NCBI GenBank assembly: GCA_965644295.1
Contig: CBFFRP010000249.1
Location: forward strand, 1-64,000
Length of the DNA stretch: 64,000 nucleotides
Direction of reading: 5' to 3'
From: Paraphysomonas bandaiensis
Lineage: Eukaryota > Protista > Chrysophyceae
Part shown: positions 38,819 to 52,216 of the stretch, piece by piece
Layout: each line of letters begins with the position of its first letter
How positions within the stretch are numbered: the first letter of the stretch is position 1
Notes under the pieces: model-generated
What the model saw: the letters and a program-made list of their open reading frames with translations, nothing else
What the model was told of the DNA's origin: nothing
The model's database searches: none
Position numbers and translations under genes: made by a program

Positions 38819-40335
38819 ATGGAATTAATCAAACTAAACAAAGAGACGATCATTTCAACTCTCGCGGTATCAGGCATCATCCTAGGGGTGGGAATAAGAT
38901 ACTACATAAGCACAAGATCAGCTCTAAGGGTCCGTCTATGGAACACTGTGGACTGGAGTTTGAACGACATCGTTGATGATATTCATAATAATAAAGGACA
39001 CTTTACTCGTATTCTTCTAACAGATGCTGAGAAAACAAACTTCATGATGGCTCATTCAGTGTCTACCTTAACTTTCTATGAGGGGGACATGCCTGTGGCT
39101 TATATACGAACACGACTGGCTCTCATCATACAACACAATCCATGGTTATTAAGTCGTCTATTCAAACTACCATACTATGGTATCACAGCTGTATATCCTA
39201 ATTCAAAATTGTTATTAGATGATATTGAAAGTATTGGATGTTTTGAAGTGGTATCTAATAGTGAACTGCATCACACGATGAGCTACACAAACCTGAGTTC
39301 CAGCACGATACACCTAACTGTGAAGAAAGGAAATGATTGTATCAATAAGGATGAGCCGTTATTTAAAGTAGTGCTGATAGAAATTGAAGCACGGAAGAGG
39401 TATGCGGTCATGATGTCTTTAAGTCATGTCGTGGGAGATGGGCACACCTTTTATCGTGTACATTCTATGCTGCATCCTACTGCTACGTGCACAGCTATGG
39501 TACCTACACGAAAGCAAAGTATTATGGAAGACGTACGCTTGTCACAAGGCAATAAGTTTATAGATTTTTTAATGTCGGCAAAGTTTGTCTTCGGGTTAGT
39601 GCGGGGGATATATTGCTTTCCTACGCCTACCATAAGTGCTTTTTATCTGAACAAGGAATGGATACAAGACCAAAAGGACACTTATGCGAGGACCCATTGT
39701 GATCAGTCATCTTTACAAGTTCCACCTTTTATATCTACGAATGATATTGTGACTTCTTGGTTATGTAATTTATTCAAGCCATCATATGCTTTTATGGCAT
39801 ATAATCTACGCAACAGGTATACGCATGTACGATTGGAGATATTGTAGACAATTCGGATTCTATGTTATGTCATTAAGTGTCTATATAAGAGTGTAGATGT
39901 GTGTATTATATCTTATTGGATTGATTTTGTAACGCGAAATGGATATGCAGAATGAAGGGCTACAATGATGACCTTGCGGGCAACTACGAAACTATATTGA
40001 TGTACTGTCCGATGTCATATTCTAAACCCGAGTATATTCGACAATCAATAGACACAATGAAACCTAGGAATGAAACCATACCATCTTTCTTTCAAGCATT
40101 AGAAAATAAGTATATGGTGATCACCAATTGGACCACGTTTTATAGTGAAGTGCTTTACGAAGGTTCATCGTATGTCAGTCACATCCCCTTAGTTCCCGCC
40201 ACCGAAAACTGTTTTCGAGACCTTGTTTGTATATATACACCATCTAAGGGTTCTATTGCTGTCTTAACTGTAAATAGAACCGTAAGTGAAGATGTATTAA
40301 TGCAACAAAACGCAATTGAGAAATGCATATGCTAG
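38819..40335 (+). CDS. CoA-dependent acyltransferase-like protein (HxxxD), N-terminal membrane anchor; two exons
   Basis: SLSHVVGDGHTFY, ISTNDIVTSW, AGNY and ITNWTTF. Confidence 0.75.
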
Positions 40336-40779
40336 CGCCATAGCTATGTGAGCCATGGAAATATTGGGATTGTGTATTTCTTGCGCTTGTAAGTACTGTA
40401 TATGTTTGAATGTTTGCATTATATGACATCAGGATCAGTAACTGAACAAAGAACTCTATATATATTCACTTAATTAAAATTGTGATCAAGCCTTGAAATT
40501 TAGAAGGTAGTCGTTATAACAATGAATATACTACTTAGCACTTCAACTGAATATTCGTGTGGGAATACATTGGTCGATCGTTTTTGTATAGAAAATCAGT
40601 AACTATTAATTAAGATGATCCTAGACTGAGGCGCAAATATCCGCTCATAACCAGTCATACGAATCTCGTGTTTACAAAACTATTCGCAAAGACAAAGATA
40701 TACTTCGTAAAACCTCAACATGAAATAAATTCTCCTCAAATGAAGACAAAAAAAATGCACACTTTCCATATCATACTAC

Positions 40780-41490
40780 TCACGCTGACTTTATACTATG
40801 GCAGTTATTTTGGTGTGACACTAAACTCTGCTCATCCCATAAAGCCTTTCGCTCTTCTGCAAGCGCAACAGGGACAATCGCAGATAATATAAAGCTGAGA
40901 ACCTTTACAATGTAGTGTTAAATCAGCACACCAGACACAACATAATAGGTTCTTACCTTAACCCAGCAAGATTTCATGTAAGGCGTAAATTCGTCTTTCA
41001 GACAATCGTGCAGTGTTAAAAGTAGTGCTTCACCAAAAATTCCATACTGTACTGCATGAACACCCCTAGATGCTAGTGCTATAGCGATCTCCATTAGACT
41101 CGCATGGATCTCATTCGAATCTTCCAAACATGTTAACAATTTATTCAGCATCTGAGAAACTATTTGATTACACTCTTTCGAGGAAGGGGCATTCTTTAAT
41201 AAGTGAGTTGCCGCCGGATGAATTGAAATAAAACGTTCTATGAGACAATTTCCAAACCAGTCAATACAATCATCATATTTGAAATTGTTTGAACTCTTAA
41301 TCTGTTGATAGTGCACACAAGTCCCATCTGTGATGATCGACCAGCTCTTAACTATCGCATGCACATCCTCTTTATTCATAGTATGATTTTCAAGGTAATA
41401 ATAAGGCATCACACTGCCGTATATGTTCTCAGTATATTCCGGCTCAAGACACACGCAGGATGGAGCGATAGTTGAGATATATAAACCCAT
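40780..41490 (-). CDS. Single-domain globin-fold protein, proximal His apparently replaced; two exons
   Basis: IVKSW (helix A), RFISIHPAATHLL, LASRGVHAVQYGIFGEALLLTL...FTPYMKSCWVK|VLSFILSAIVP. The start is taken as MGLYIST. Confidence 0.75.
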
Positions 41491-42069
41491 TGGACTGTAT
41501 GGGGGGTCTGTTATGTGTTCATCATCATTGATTCTCTCAGAGAGATGTGTAAGAATATGAATGGGATGGAATTCTTGTGTTCTGAGGGTTGTATATGTGT
41601 ATGTGGTAGATATCAGACAGCTTATACATATATAGAGAGAGGAGCGAGGGGTACATACACACACGCACACAGCCCTCCTGTACATACATACAGGTGTACT
41701 ATACATACATGTACATACATACATACATACCTTCAGATGACTCTGGGTAAAATTTCTATAGCAAAATTTCGACCATTTTCAACATATTTTTGTATAGAAG
41801 TACGACCATCAGTTCAGTTTATTGTACCGTATGGAGCGGGTTTGAATTTTTTAACATCATCAAAAAATTGATTTCTGAATTTTTGTCATTTTGTATTCTC
41901 GTACTGTATTTCGCGGTATTATGATGTAGTGGACTGTACTAATAGAGTGGGTAGAGTAGTACTATGAGTATACTGCACAAGTACTATTCTCGACGTACAC
42001 ACACTGCTCCTGTAAGATGCATATATATACACACATACATATATATGACTGATCCATAAGCACTTTAAC

Positions 42070-44385
42070 ATGAAGATCCCCATATTCGAAGCACTACTCC
42101 TTACATCTCTTCTTCTATGGAACACATGCTTCATATCCTCTATCACAACGTCCCTCAGCAGCGGCGTATGGACCTACATGCTGTACTTTGACGACGTCTA
42201 CAACTACAAGGACACTGACATGACGGTGTCCCTACGCAGCCTCTCGTGGGACCGTGTAATGACCATCATATCTCATCAGGGCCTTAACGTATATGAACCT
42301 GTTGGATCAGTCTTGAAATCTATTGAGATCAGTGCGATCGGACACAACACAGCAAGCCTGCGGCTCGTATCTTATGCACTGCATGTATTCACTGGCGTCT
42401 TATTAGCTGTATGGTTAACTCTATTATTTCGTAGTGTTTGTCGTATATCTTTTACAGTATTGATATCAATGACTATTTCACTAGCTTCTGTGTTTGTGGT
42501 GCATCCTTTGAATGTTGAAGTGATTGGATGGTTGTCAGCTCAGAGTTATACACTTGCTCTGTGCTTTGCTCTTATGTCTTGTATTTGTTTTGAGAATGTG
42601 ATAGTACGCAGTTTACGAGGAGAAAATACATTTTTATTGGAAATGCTCAGCTCAGCGTTTTACTGTGCCAGTTGCCTGGTAAGTGCTGTTTTGATAAAGA
42701 AGTGACCCTTAACGTCGTGCACCTCATCCAGTCGAAGGCTCCAGCCATAATGCTTCCTGCCATACTTTTGCTTCGAGTATTGTTAATTTCTTTCTCAGTT
42801 CATGGGGAAGTACACAATGAAAAGTACATCCGCGCATTATATCGCTATTTCGGAGTGCTTGCTCTCTTTGGATCTATAATGGTGTATGTGATCACATCTG
42901 CTAACACAGGTGGCACAAATAATGCACTCGTGAGTTTTAATTCTGTAGAAACGAAACTAATACGAGCAATGGTATGTACGGTTTTTATGTGTGATAAGCA
43001 CTGTAGTCATGAAATATCGCATAGGTGACGGTGTGGAGCTTTGCACAAAGAATTCTCATGCCAAATGACCTTAGAGTACACTATACTGTTGAGGAGGTTC
43101 GTGTATACAACTACATGTACATAAAGTGTAATATGAATTGTTGTTCTTTAGGAACATATTTATTCTATTTCGGGTTTGTTCGCAAACAATAGCTCCACAC
43201 TCTACCCCTGTGTTCTCATAACCGCCACTACCTGCACTGTACTTGCAGTGTACCCCCGCCTTCCCTTCGTTACCTTCTCATGGCTGTCACTGCTAGTGTG
43301 GTGGCTTCCGTGTGTTGGTCTTGTTAATCATGGCTGGGATATCTTGGGTGCTGATAGGTGAGTGATACCCCTGGACCGCTAGCGCAACAAACCTGAATCT
43401 ATATTACCGTCACAGGTACTGCTATTTTCCTATAGCGTTTCTTGTACCGGGTGTACTTGAAATAGCGATAGAAGTATTTATTGTTACTATGCCAAGTAAC
43501 AATACATTCACTTCGCGAATTCAAACGAAGCGGGATGGTACATCTAGTTCAGATGGCATGATTCGTGGTGGCGCTTATATAAATCATATATGTACTGAAA
43601 GATATCCACTACTTTTTACAGCTGCCAAGAAATTCTTGTTTGTGATTGTACTATTCGGATTTTTGGCCATGTATGAAAAAAAGTTTATCATCCAGCTCGA
43701 ATCTTGGAGGACAGACAAAACACTTCTTAGTAACTGCTTGAAGTAGTATTGATGCTTATTTTTTTCCATTTTGACAACTACTTTTTTAGGATTGATCCCA
43801 CAGATTCTGTGTGTCATGATTTGATTGGAGACTGGTATGGACATCACGGTATATTTACTGTTGTAAAATATTCTGTTTTATACCATATGATTATAGAGGG
43901 TAATGAAGAATTAGGGTTATATCACAAGAATTTGTCAATGACATATTTACCCAAAAGTGGTGCAAAATCACAGTTGTACCGAGCAATGACACTATTTCAG
44001 TTCGGTGATCAAACTGGGGGTTGTACTATATACGATGAGTTATACAAAAGCATTCAAGATATACCATTGGCTTATCACCCGTATATACTTAATAATTATG
44101 GTAAGATATAGTATGTATAAATAAAGCTCACGGTGTTCTAGTCATATGCCATGCCATACGAGAGGGTATTTCAATAAGTCATCGAGAAATGGCTCTGAAG
44201 TTGTTGAAGGAGGCCAGTGCTGCTATAAACAAACTAAAGCATGTTCCTAAGTAAGTCTGTTGTGTTTTATTAGTCATTGTTGATTCTGTATTAGGTACGT
44301 TGTGGATGGTATCAGTGACCATATCGATGTTATCAGTTCGTGGGATGATGGTAGAAGTCAGTATGGTGTGAGTCTGTTGTTTTGA
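42070..44385 (+). CDS. TMTC-like multi-pass GT-C membrane protein with C-terminal TPR-like region; multi-exon
   Basis: YFDD, VYEPV, FVVHPLNVEVIGWLS, SKAPA, GADR|YCYFP and SWRTDKTL. Confidence 0.75.
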
Positions 44386-45974
44386 AATTGTAAATTTGTG
44401 AATAATAGCATTTCTTACTTATAGAGATTGATAAGATACATTGTGTTTTTGATTGTTTCTAGATGAGTATCACTGTATACTACTTTACTGAATATATATT
44501 TCGCTTTTGTGATAATCATCTGTTAATATGTCTACCCTATTAACTATTAAGATTATTGATTTACGTATATAAACAATGAAATATCAATAGACTGAATAAT
44601 TACCAGACTATATATGAAATACGCGACTGCACAAGATACGCAAATGCGCGGTACTAATGCCATGTTTAAACGTATCTTGCTATCATACGATTAGGCTTTA
44701 TCCTTTATGTGAAGTATATAATCAGTCCTTATCTTCTAATAATACGAAGTGTATCTTTCATTAAATACTAAGAGATCTCGCAAATTGTCCTGAACCTACA
44801 ATCCCTTCATTACGGAAATCACGGCAAAAGACCACCCCGGTGCAGGAAGTATAATATCATATTTTAACCTCAATTTTATAATTAATAGCTCTCGGGTTAT
44901 TTTATACTATGATCTCATTTTTATATGTTTAATTTTGTACATATATTATATGTTTGAAATCACGCAATTATTAGTTCTTGGGCCTATGCACTATGCACCA
45001 GAAGCTGAGCATATTATAGATTATAGCGCTTGTGTGATGGGCACACTATTGTACTATTATATTGATATATATATGAATTAATTTAAGAGAAACGGACAAA
45101 AAAACAGAGTCATGATGAATACTAGCTATGAAGAATGGTAATTAGAAAAATAATTGATGATATTCATAGTTTATGAGTGAGCAAGGACGGAGAATTCCGG
45201 GTTTTATAACCATGCTGATAGATGTGTATTGCCAAATTATCCAGTAATTCAGTTGTGTTTTACGTATTCTATGTCATCCTGAAGTTCGTGTGTATTGATT
45301 GCACTTCGTCGAAGTCTTCTTTGCCCCATTCCGAGAGCGTACCCTAGTAAAAACTACTAGTGTTGATTTAGCTAATAACGTAGAGACTGTGAATAGAATA
45401 TCAGCGTATTCTTCGTGTGTCGGCACCAAGAAAGCTCTAGCTAGATCTACACTATATGAGATTACGAGAAATCCCGCGCCGTATAGGGGAGGATAGAGGA
45501 GAGGGCCCGGTCATGTCACACTAGACCTATACTGAATCATTTATGGCCACGAGAAGGTAAAGGGAAGGTACACATGGTCCTACCAGAATCTGCGTGAATT
45601 ACATACATAAGTCATGCATAGGTATGATAAATCCCGCGTAATCTTAGCGAAGGTGAACACGGGTGGGGCGGCAATAGAATCCGTGCGTCTCGGTGTTATT
45701 AGTGGTGTAACACCAGCGACCAGCGAGCCTACACTATGGTCACGCACTCGGAATGACGCAATAATAATTGTTTATAACCTCAGTTTTACAAATATTTGGA
45801 TTCAAAAAGTATAACGGACTCGCCAAACAATAATGTTCGAAAAGCGGATTATCTCGACCATATATATATTGAAAGTCTTATTGTTAGCAGTAGGCGTCAA
45901 GAATCGACACCAGATAAGTAGTTAGATGAAGACTAGTCATGCTAGATCGACCTCTACCAGTAACTAACTAGTAC

Positions 45975-46075
45975 AAATTTAACTAACTAATACTCTACTA
46001 TATTTAACGCTACAAAAGCTGGTGCTTGTGCGTTGCCGCAAGGGCCCGCAAACACCAAGGTGCAACTACTTCCGT
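45975..46075 (+). repeat. Short diverged copy of the dispersed repeat that flanks the KRE6/SKN1 gene
   Basis: aatttaactaacta...cgctac-aaa...gcttgtgcgt...caccaaggtgcaac matches 57261-57350. Confidence 0.65.
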
Positions 46076-46484
46076 ACTTGTGTATGAGGGAGAAGCTCTT
46101 GGCGGACGTCAGTCCTTGAATTACAGAAGACCATATATTATGATATCTAGAGGGTTTGTACAAGTGGTATTCTACAACCTACAACGTCTACGACCGAAGG
46201 TATTAACTGGTGCGTCAAGAATTAATGCAACTGGTGTTCCACCCAATTTGAATCTAGCTAATAGCATTTCGTCGCCGGAAGAAAATGTTGAGACCTTTTC
46301 TAGTGATAGAAAAGGAATGAATACTACTTTGCCGGCATTATGTCAGAAAATGCTAGATTATGTTACGGTTAATGACGTGGTGCCTGCAACTAGTACCCAC
46401 CTCGACAGCCTACGTGATACACTTATAGCAGAACTTAGAACAAGTTGTACATCACATAATGTAGAGCGAGTTCCTACACAATAA

Positions 46485-46860
46485 GAGCAATCCACATCAC
46501 GAGAGAATTTCGACAACCATGCAATTGCTCCAGCACATAAGAATATCATATATCCCGTAGTGTATATAGCACCTGCCCAGTCCACATCACTGAACACATG
46601 CAAAACCCTTTATTCGTCGTTCCTCTCAAGTATTTCAATAAATGAATTACTAACCGACAAGATGCATATGTAGGCTTACTGCTGTATCTCGATAATAGCA
46701 TAGGCGAGATCTGGTCTTGTATGGAGTGCGAGATACAGGATAGCTCCAATAACACTGCGATACGGGAGCGTTGATATCCAGTTCTTCTGTTCTGATGTGA
46801 GTTCTCGTTCTGCCGCTAGTAGTTCTTGTGCATTCCTTATTCTTGCTACTATTCCTCACG
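46485..46860 (-). mobile_element. Degenerate Ty1/Copia RT-RNase H fragment related to the element at 58564-59835
   Basis: TRPDLAY, SRYSSKPTYASCRL, HLLKYLRGTT, VFSDVDWAG and TTGYMIFLCAGAIAW, with frameshifts. Confidence 0.88.
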
Positions 46861-47029
46861 GCAGATTTAAATTTCAGACACATTCCCCTCATGAACCAGT
46901 GAGGTTTGAAACAAGCAGGTTTAAATCGGTACAAATGTTGTACTTCATGACAGACATGGGTTTACTAGATTAATTTCTGACCCTTGTATATATAAAAAAC
47001 AGATCGATGGCAAGATTATGTTAATCGCC

Positions 47030-47212
47030 ATGTACTGTATGTTGATGACATTATCATCGCATCTGCATCAGACACTGAAATACAAGACTTCAAAAGTCGT
47101 CTAGCCCAGGTCGACAGTACGGACCTCGGACTCTTAGATTATTACTTAGGCATTTCCATCCACCAGTATTTTGATAAGAATATCACAATTTTAAGTCAGG
47201 AGCAATATGTCT
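47030..47212 (+). mobile_element. Second Copia RT fragment, opposite orientation, different family
   Basis: Translates as LYVDDIIIASASDTEIQDFKSRLAQVDSTDLGLLDYYLGISI...LSQEQYV. Confidence 0.8.
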
Positions 47213-47708
47213 AACCCAAATCCTGATAGCAGTCACACGACACACACAGACCGTTGCATTAGCCTCTACATGATAAGTATGCAACTAAACAACCATTATT
47301 AGATGTTCTGCTATCAAACAGTGTAGTTATATAGACAGACCTCTACACTTCAATTGATCTGCTGGGTAACTCCAGTAACTGTCATTAGCAATGCAGTTGC
47401 TGCTGTCACGGTGTGATGTCCTCTAGATGTGAGATGGGGACATCTCCTCCATCGTACATAACCAGGTATTTTTGTCCCTGATTTTTCTAGATATCTGCCT
47501 TTTTTGCTGATCTGAAACAAAAAACTAGGATTTATGAGATCCGTGTGTAGTATGTATGCTATCCGTGTGTTGCGTGTGCCTATCCGTGTAGTAGTGTCTA
47601 GCAGTCAATAGAAGGTCCAGCCGGCCACCACATGGCTGACTGTTGCACTCAGCTCATATCATACTCATATATACACATACATGGACTGCATTCTATGCAC
47701 AGTGCATA

Positions 47709-48839
47709 ATGCATCACATCAAGGGCACTGTATTCATTCTCTTGATTGCACTATTTGCTTCCCAGAGCCAGCAATATGATTTAATATCTAGGAAGTGCAG
47801 CAAGTACAAGAGCTTGCACGTGCCTCATCTGCCAGCCCCTCCTATAGACAGCACCAGTGGGGTTGCAAAGATATTTGCTGCATTAGAATCCGATAAAGTA
47901 TCTGTGATTCATCGAAGTGGGAAGCCCAAATGCTACGAGTGGACATGCAGGTCTGCAAGAAGGAAGGGGCAGTTGTGTCGATACTGTTTGCCGTATTTTT
48001 TTGTGGCTGGATTTTCTAAATGTGGAACAACTGCTCTATGCAGCAAACTATCTACTCATCCTGATATTAAACCTTATAGAAAGAAGGAAATTAACATTTT
48101 TACAAAGTTTTTTGATGAGTTTTCTTGGTTAGAGTTGGAGAAACGAGTCAATGACACGCACCCTGAAGTGACGGGTGATTACTGGATGGACTGTACGGCT
48201 GGGGCGTTTCGAGACTACAACGCGGCTGCGCACTTGAGAAAGTATAGTCCAGAGACTAAACTCATATTTGTCGTACGTGACCCGTGGCAACGGTTAGGAT
48301 CGTGGCTGTCAATGAACCAACGACAGCAACCTAAAGACAAGTTATCGCGCTTTCAATATAACTGGCAGTCTATTCTTCGTCAAACAAAGCCGCCCAGACA
48401 TTCAAGATTTGATTCATCTGTTGTGTCGAATTTATCGAACACCAAATATGTTGGAAGTTTTTTATATGCCGAAGTGCTGCTCAATTGGCAAGCACTTTTT
48501 CCCGAGAGTAATATGTTGGTTGTTGATAACCACGAGTTAGAGTTCAATCCATTTGTCACCATGCGCAGAATTGAATCTTTTCTTGGGCTTCCACATTACA
48601 ACTATGAAAAGGACACATTGACTTCTGTTTCTGTCAATGCGCAGCGGAATGTAAATATTCTGTCAAGTGATGTTTTGTACGGTCAATCTAATGACTCGTC
48701 CATTCATAAACCATACACCATTACAAACAAATTTATGCTCACTAGAACAAGATATCTCTTTTGGCCATCGCTATGTCTTTTTCGGGAAATGTTTGGGTGG
48801 GCGATTAAGATTATCACTGAAAGTGAGTCGAAGTCATAG
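47709..48839 (+). CDS. PAPS-dependent sulfotransferase, intronless, with N-terminal signal/anchor
   Basis: LPYFFVAGFSKCGTTAL, KKEINIF, KLIFVVRDPWQRLGSW and RIESFLGL. Confidence 0.9.
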   Translation: MHHIKGTVFILLIALFASQSQQYDLISRKCSKYKSLHVPHLPAPPIDSTSGVAKIFAALESDKVSVIHRSGKPKCYEWTCRSARRKGQLCRYCLPYFFVAGFSKCGTTALCSKLSTHPDIKPYRKKEINIFTKFFDEFSWLELEKRVNDTHPEVTGDYWMDCTAGAFRDYNAAAHLRKYSPETKLIFVVRDPWQRLGSWLSMNQRQQPKDKLSRFQYNWQSILRQTKPPRHSRFDSSVVSNLSNTKYVGSFLYAEVLLNWQALFPESNMLVVDNHELEFNPFVTMRRIESFLGLPHYNYEKDTLTSVSVNAQRNVNILSSDVLYGQSNDSSIHKPYTITNKFMLTRTRYLFWPSLCLFREMFGWAIKIITESESKS

Positions 48840-48869
48840 TGATAGAGTGCGATGATTTTTAAGATATAG

Positions 48870-50194
48870 CAGGGATAGGGAACAATATATTGCAATACTA
48901 TTGTTAGGTAGCGTTCCATCAATAGTATTGATGGATTTTTTAAACCGGCCCTACAATACTATTGCAATATATTGCAATATATTGTACAATATATTGCAAT
49001 ATATTAGTATGACTAATCAGTAAGTAAACACATCCGTAGTTTTCATTTTTAGTACTTGCCATATTTTATAAGGTCTAAGGTCACTTGATAATCAAACCCA
49101 CTACTCTTAACTAATTAAAAGTTTCCTCATACTCATCCTCTGAGCCATCATCGGTGACATCATCATCACCATATTCATTCAATATTGATTGAAATATGCT
49201 TGCATCCGGCCACAACTGTCGGTTAGCTTTCAGAAACAACAGCATATTAAGTGTAGTAGGATGCATACGTTTGCGCAACACTGATATAATCAGTTTTGCT
49301 GCGCTGAACAGGCGTTCACACGTATTGGAAGTACATACTACATGACTCGTGCACCTGTACTTAGATATTTCAACTTTTCGCTTCTTAAGTTTTTGAGCTG
49401 ATTGAAGAATTTTTTCCGCATAGCCAACTTCAGCTTCATCATCCTCTGTATTGTTGCAATAATCACTGTCTGAACGGAGATATATTCTAACAGCATCTTT
49501 CTCAGATCTTGTCAAGTCCAATTCTTCGCCTGCTTGGAGTTTTGCAATTCCATTCTCGAAATTCGGATCATTAAGTCTGAAGGCTGCAGAACAAAAGCAT
49601 CCATGGGACCATTGGTGCAGACAGCCCGTAAATACCTCTTCAATGTCTCCTCCCACACATCATGAGAGAAAGTGTGATCCTTTAGATTGTTGTATCCATT
49701 CCGAATATTCTGTTGTCGTTTACGTCCGCAGATTTTACACTCGTGTTTGTTCGGGACACCTTCGACCGGACTCCAAAAACAGCGGTAAATGTCCCTACTC
49801 TTGTATGCACTCATCATTCAGTTGTCTCTTCTTGTCACTATAGGATATATATACTATATTAAGAGAAGTACTGTACATACATGTGGAGAGGTGTAGAGTG
49901 CTGTTTGAGCTGGCGATACATAAAAAATAGAAAATAACATCAAAAATAGGCTTTTTTTCTTATTTTCCGGATATTTGTATACAGAGGCGTATATTTTGCA
50001 CCATACAGTTGAGGATCTTCTCTTATATGACTATCATAATATTGATTGCAATATATTGCAATAGTATTGTGAGCTCTATTAACAGAAACACTATTGATGG
50101 AATATTTGACCAGTCCACCAATCAATATATTTTACAATATATTGCAATATATTGTACAATATATTGCAATACAATATATTGTTCCCTATCCCTG
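48870..50194 (-). mobile_element. Internally deleted hAT DNA transposon, 1325 bp, 23-bp TIRs, 8-bp TSD AGATATAG
   Basis: TIR cagggatagggaacaatatattg and its reverse complement at 50172-50194; agatatag at 48862-48869 and 50195-50202; subterminal CAATATATTG repeats at both ends. Confidence 0.95.
49111..49817 (-). pseudogene. hAT transposase remnant: BED zinc finger joined out of frame to the C-terminal dimerisation region
   Basis: CKICG...GYNNLKDHTFSH, then TSNTCERLFSAAKLIISVLRKRMHPTTLNMLLFLKAN; junction at ~49580. Confidence 0.88.
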
Positions 50195-50757
50195 AGATAT
50201 AGTACATGTACTGTATAAATGTAATTAATGTAATATACTTATAGATAAATTAAAAGGACTCCGAAATTTGGCATCACTTACTCTTGACCATCATTACATT
50301 TGTTTTATGCAAAGGTTTGTTGATTACTAAGGGCTACGAATTGGGGAGGGGTCTAGCTTCTAACTATCTACTAGACATTTTGTGGGTAATAATTTGTCAC
50401 ATAAATAATGTAAGTTTGGGTTTTGGTTGGAGATGTTTCCGCCATTACGCAGTATAAGCACGACAGATCTACTCCTGCTGATACTACACGTCACTTTGTC
50501 TGCACACTTGGATGTCTCTAGTTGAAAGAACGATCAAACTTCTTCGACTGATTTGTTGTTGGTGTCTCGACCCCGTCCGTAATGACGACATGTGTACAAG
50601 AACTGGATCTTGGTCAGATAAAATGCTAAGCTAGTACAAGATGATAGAAACTATGTCAAAACGGTTCCTCAATTATTAAATACGCGGCGATTGTGAAATC
50701 GATACGATACGAGTTCGTTCAACAGAGAAAGCAATACGCATAGAACTTCATGCTCAC

Positions 50758-51286
50758 TTAAGCAAACTTTCTGCATGCTTCAACCATAGCATCAACAGTA
50801 AGTTCAGATAAATCAGTGGCGGTAATCTTGGTGGAGACACCAACCAGTGCGCGGGTAAGGGCGTCCTTGGAGCCCGCGTATATCATCTTGGATTTGACTT
50901 TGGCGGAATCAGGAGCCCTTCAATACAAAATTAGTTTAATATCACAACCATATTAAAATACGTACCACGACACCATAACAAGCTTGTTTCCAGGGCGGCC
51001 ATCTGTTGTAGTGAAGTCCATATCGTAAATGGCATATCGGCAGTCGTCTGCGGGAAGATTTGAAATAAATTCCTCAAAACTGGCTTCAGTTTCGCCACGA
51101 TTTTCAGTAACAATCTGCCCGTCTACAATTGAGTAGACAATAAATTTAGGGGAGATGCGTTTGAGTTTCATCTCGTTGAACTCGTTGATGACATCATCAG
51201 AGACGCTAATACCAGTTTGTGCCTGTATATACATATCATCAGATCAACACACGAACATACACAGTATACAATCACATACGAACCAT
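50758..51286 (-). CDS. Actin-depolymerising factor/cofilin; three exons, with the first intron directly after the ATG
   Basis: TGISVSDD, CRYAIYDMDF, KLVMVSW|APDSAKVKSKMIYAGSKDAL. Confidence 0.95.
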
Positions 51287-51856
51287 TTTGACTTCTTTAC
51301 TAACTTAAAACAGAATAGAAATGCTTGTCTTTGTAATGGAGCTTGCTACTATATATATATACATATACACACGGCGGCTTCCATATGGAGGCTACGTTGC
51401 TTTGTATACAGAGCAACGTACCACAAAAACATAAACGAGTAGAAGGTGTGTGGAATCCCAGTCACCAGCAGCCACAAACTAAGATCCGATCTATCCGTAC
51501 ATCTACTGTATACAAGGGAAATTTTCACCCCTATGATACCGTAGGATCCTATAGAGAGTATGTACTGCTGTATATGGTACATACATATAGGTACAGCAGT
51601 ACCATATGTACCATATGTACCGTCTAGTCGTCAAGTACGCTTGTGACTGTTCAAGATATTTCTTGTAAACTTGTATTTTTGCAACGTTTCTTTCATATAG
51701 AAACTATCGTATGAGAGGGAAGAGTTGGATGCAACTATCATTATCACATAGTTCGCCTTGTGATAGCTGTTCTGAGGATATTTCATCGCAGAAATTCTTG
51801 GGGAGTAACCATCTGAACTGTCTTGGTGATTGACGCATAGAGAAGGTTAGAATACA

Positions 51857-52216
51857 ATGCTCCTAGCCCCCAAACCGAGAAGAATTTTGCCGTCTCTCTC
51901 TGCTTTTAGTGACGCTTATGACGATGAATATAACCCACCTATGACATGTGTTAACCCATCTGGTCCTGACACTTGTAGTGTTCTGTCGTTTCAGCTGAAG
52001 TGTTCTGGACTAGCTGATGTATCGACCACTGTGTTTGCAGTGGATTCTGATGAAACGGTGAGCAGGCCGCATAATCCGGCTCCTCATCCCCACCCTGCTG
52101 AACCTAAGCAGGAAGAAACCAGAGAATTTTATGCGAAAGCACTGCGATCTAGTAAATTGCAGGAGCTTGTGGAGTGTAGCTACGGATCTAGTCTCAGCAT
52201 GGCTCGCACAGTTTAA
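51857..52216 (+). CDS. Hypothetical protein (119 aa)
   Basis: ATG-initiated ORF divergent from the cofilin gene; no recognisable domain. Confidence 0.3.
   Translation: MLLAPKPRRILPSLSAFSDAYDDEYNPPMTCVNPSGPDTCSVLSFQLKCSGLADVSTTVFAVDSDETVSRPHNPAPHPHPAEPKQEETREFYAKALRSSKLQELVECSYGSSLSMARTV

Noticed and set aside
41491-41724. N-terminal extension of the 268-aa globin ORF
   Set aside because: It runs through TATG/TG-rich low-complexity sequence that looks intronic or promoter-like; MGLYIST is the more plausible start.
45299-46484. Possible DIRS/LINE-type coding remnants
   Set aside because: No diagnostic RT or recombinase motif could be read; only the short shared repeat at ~45975-46075 is supportable.
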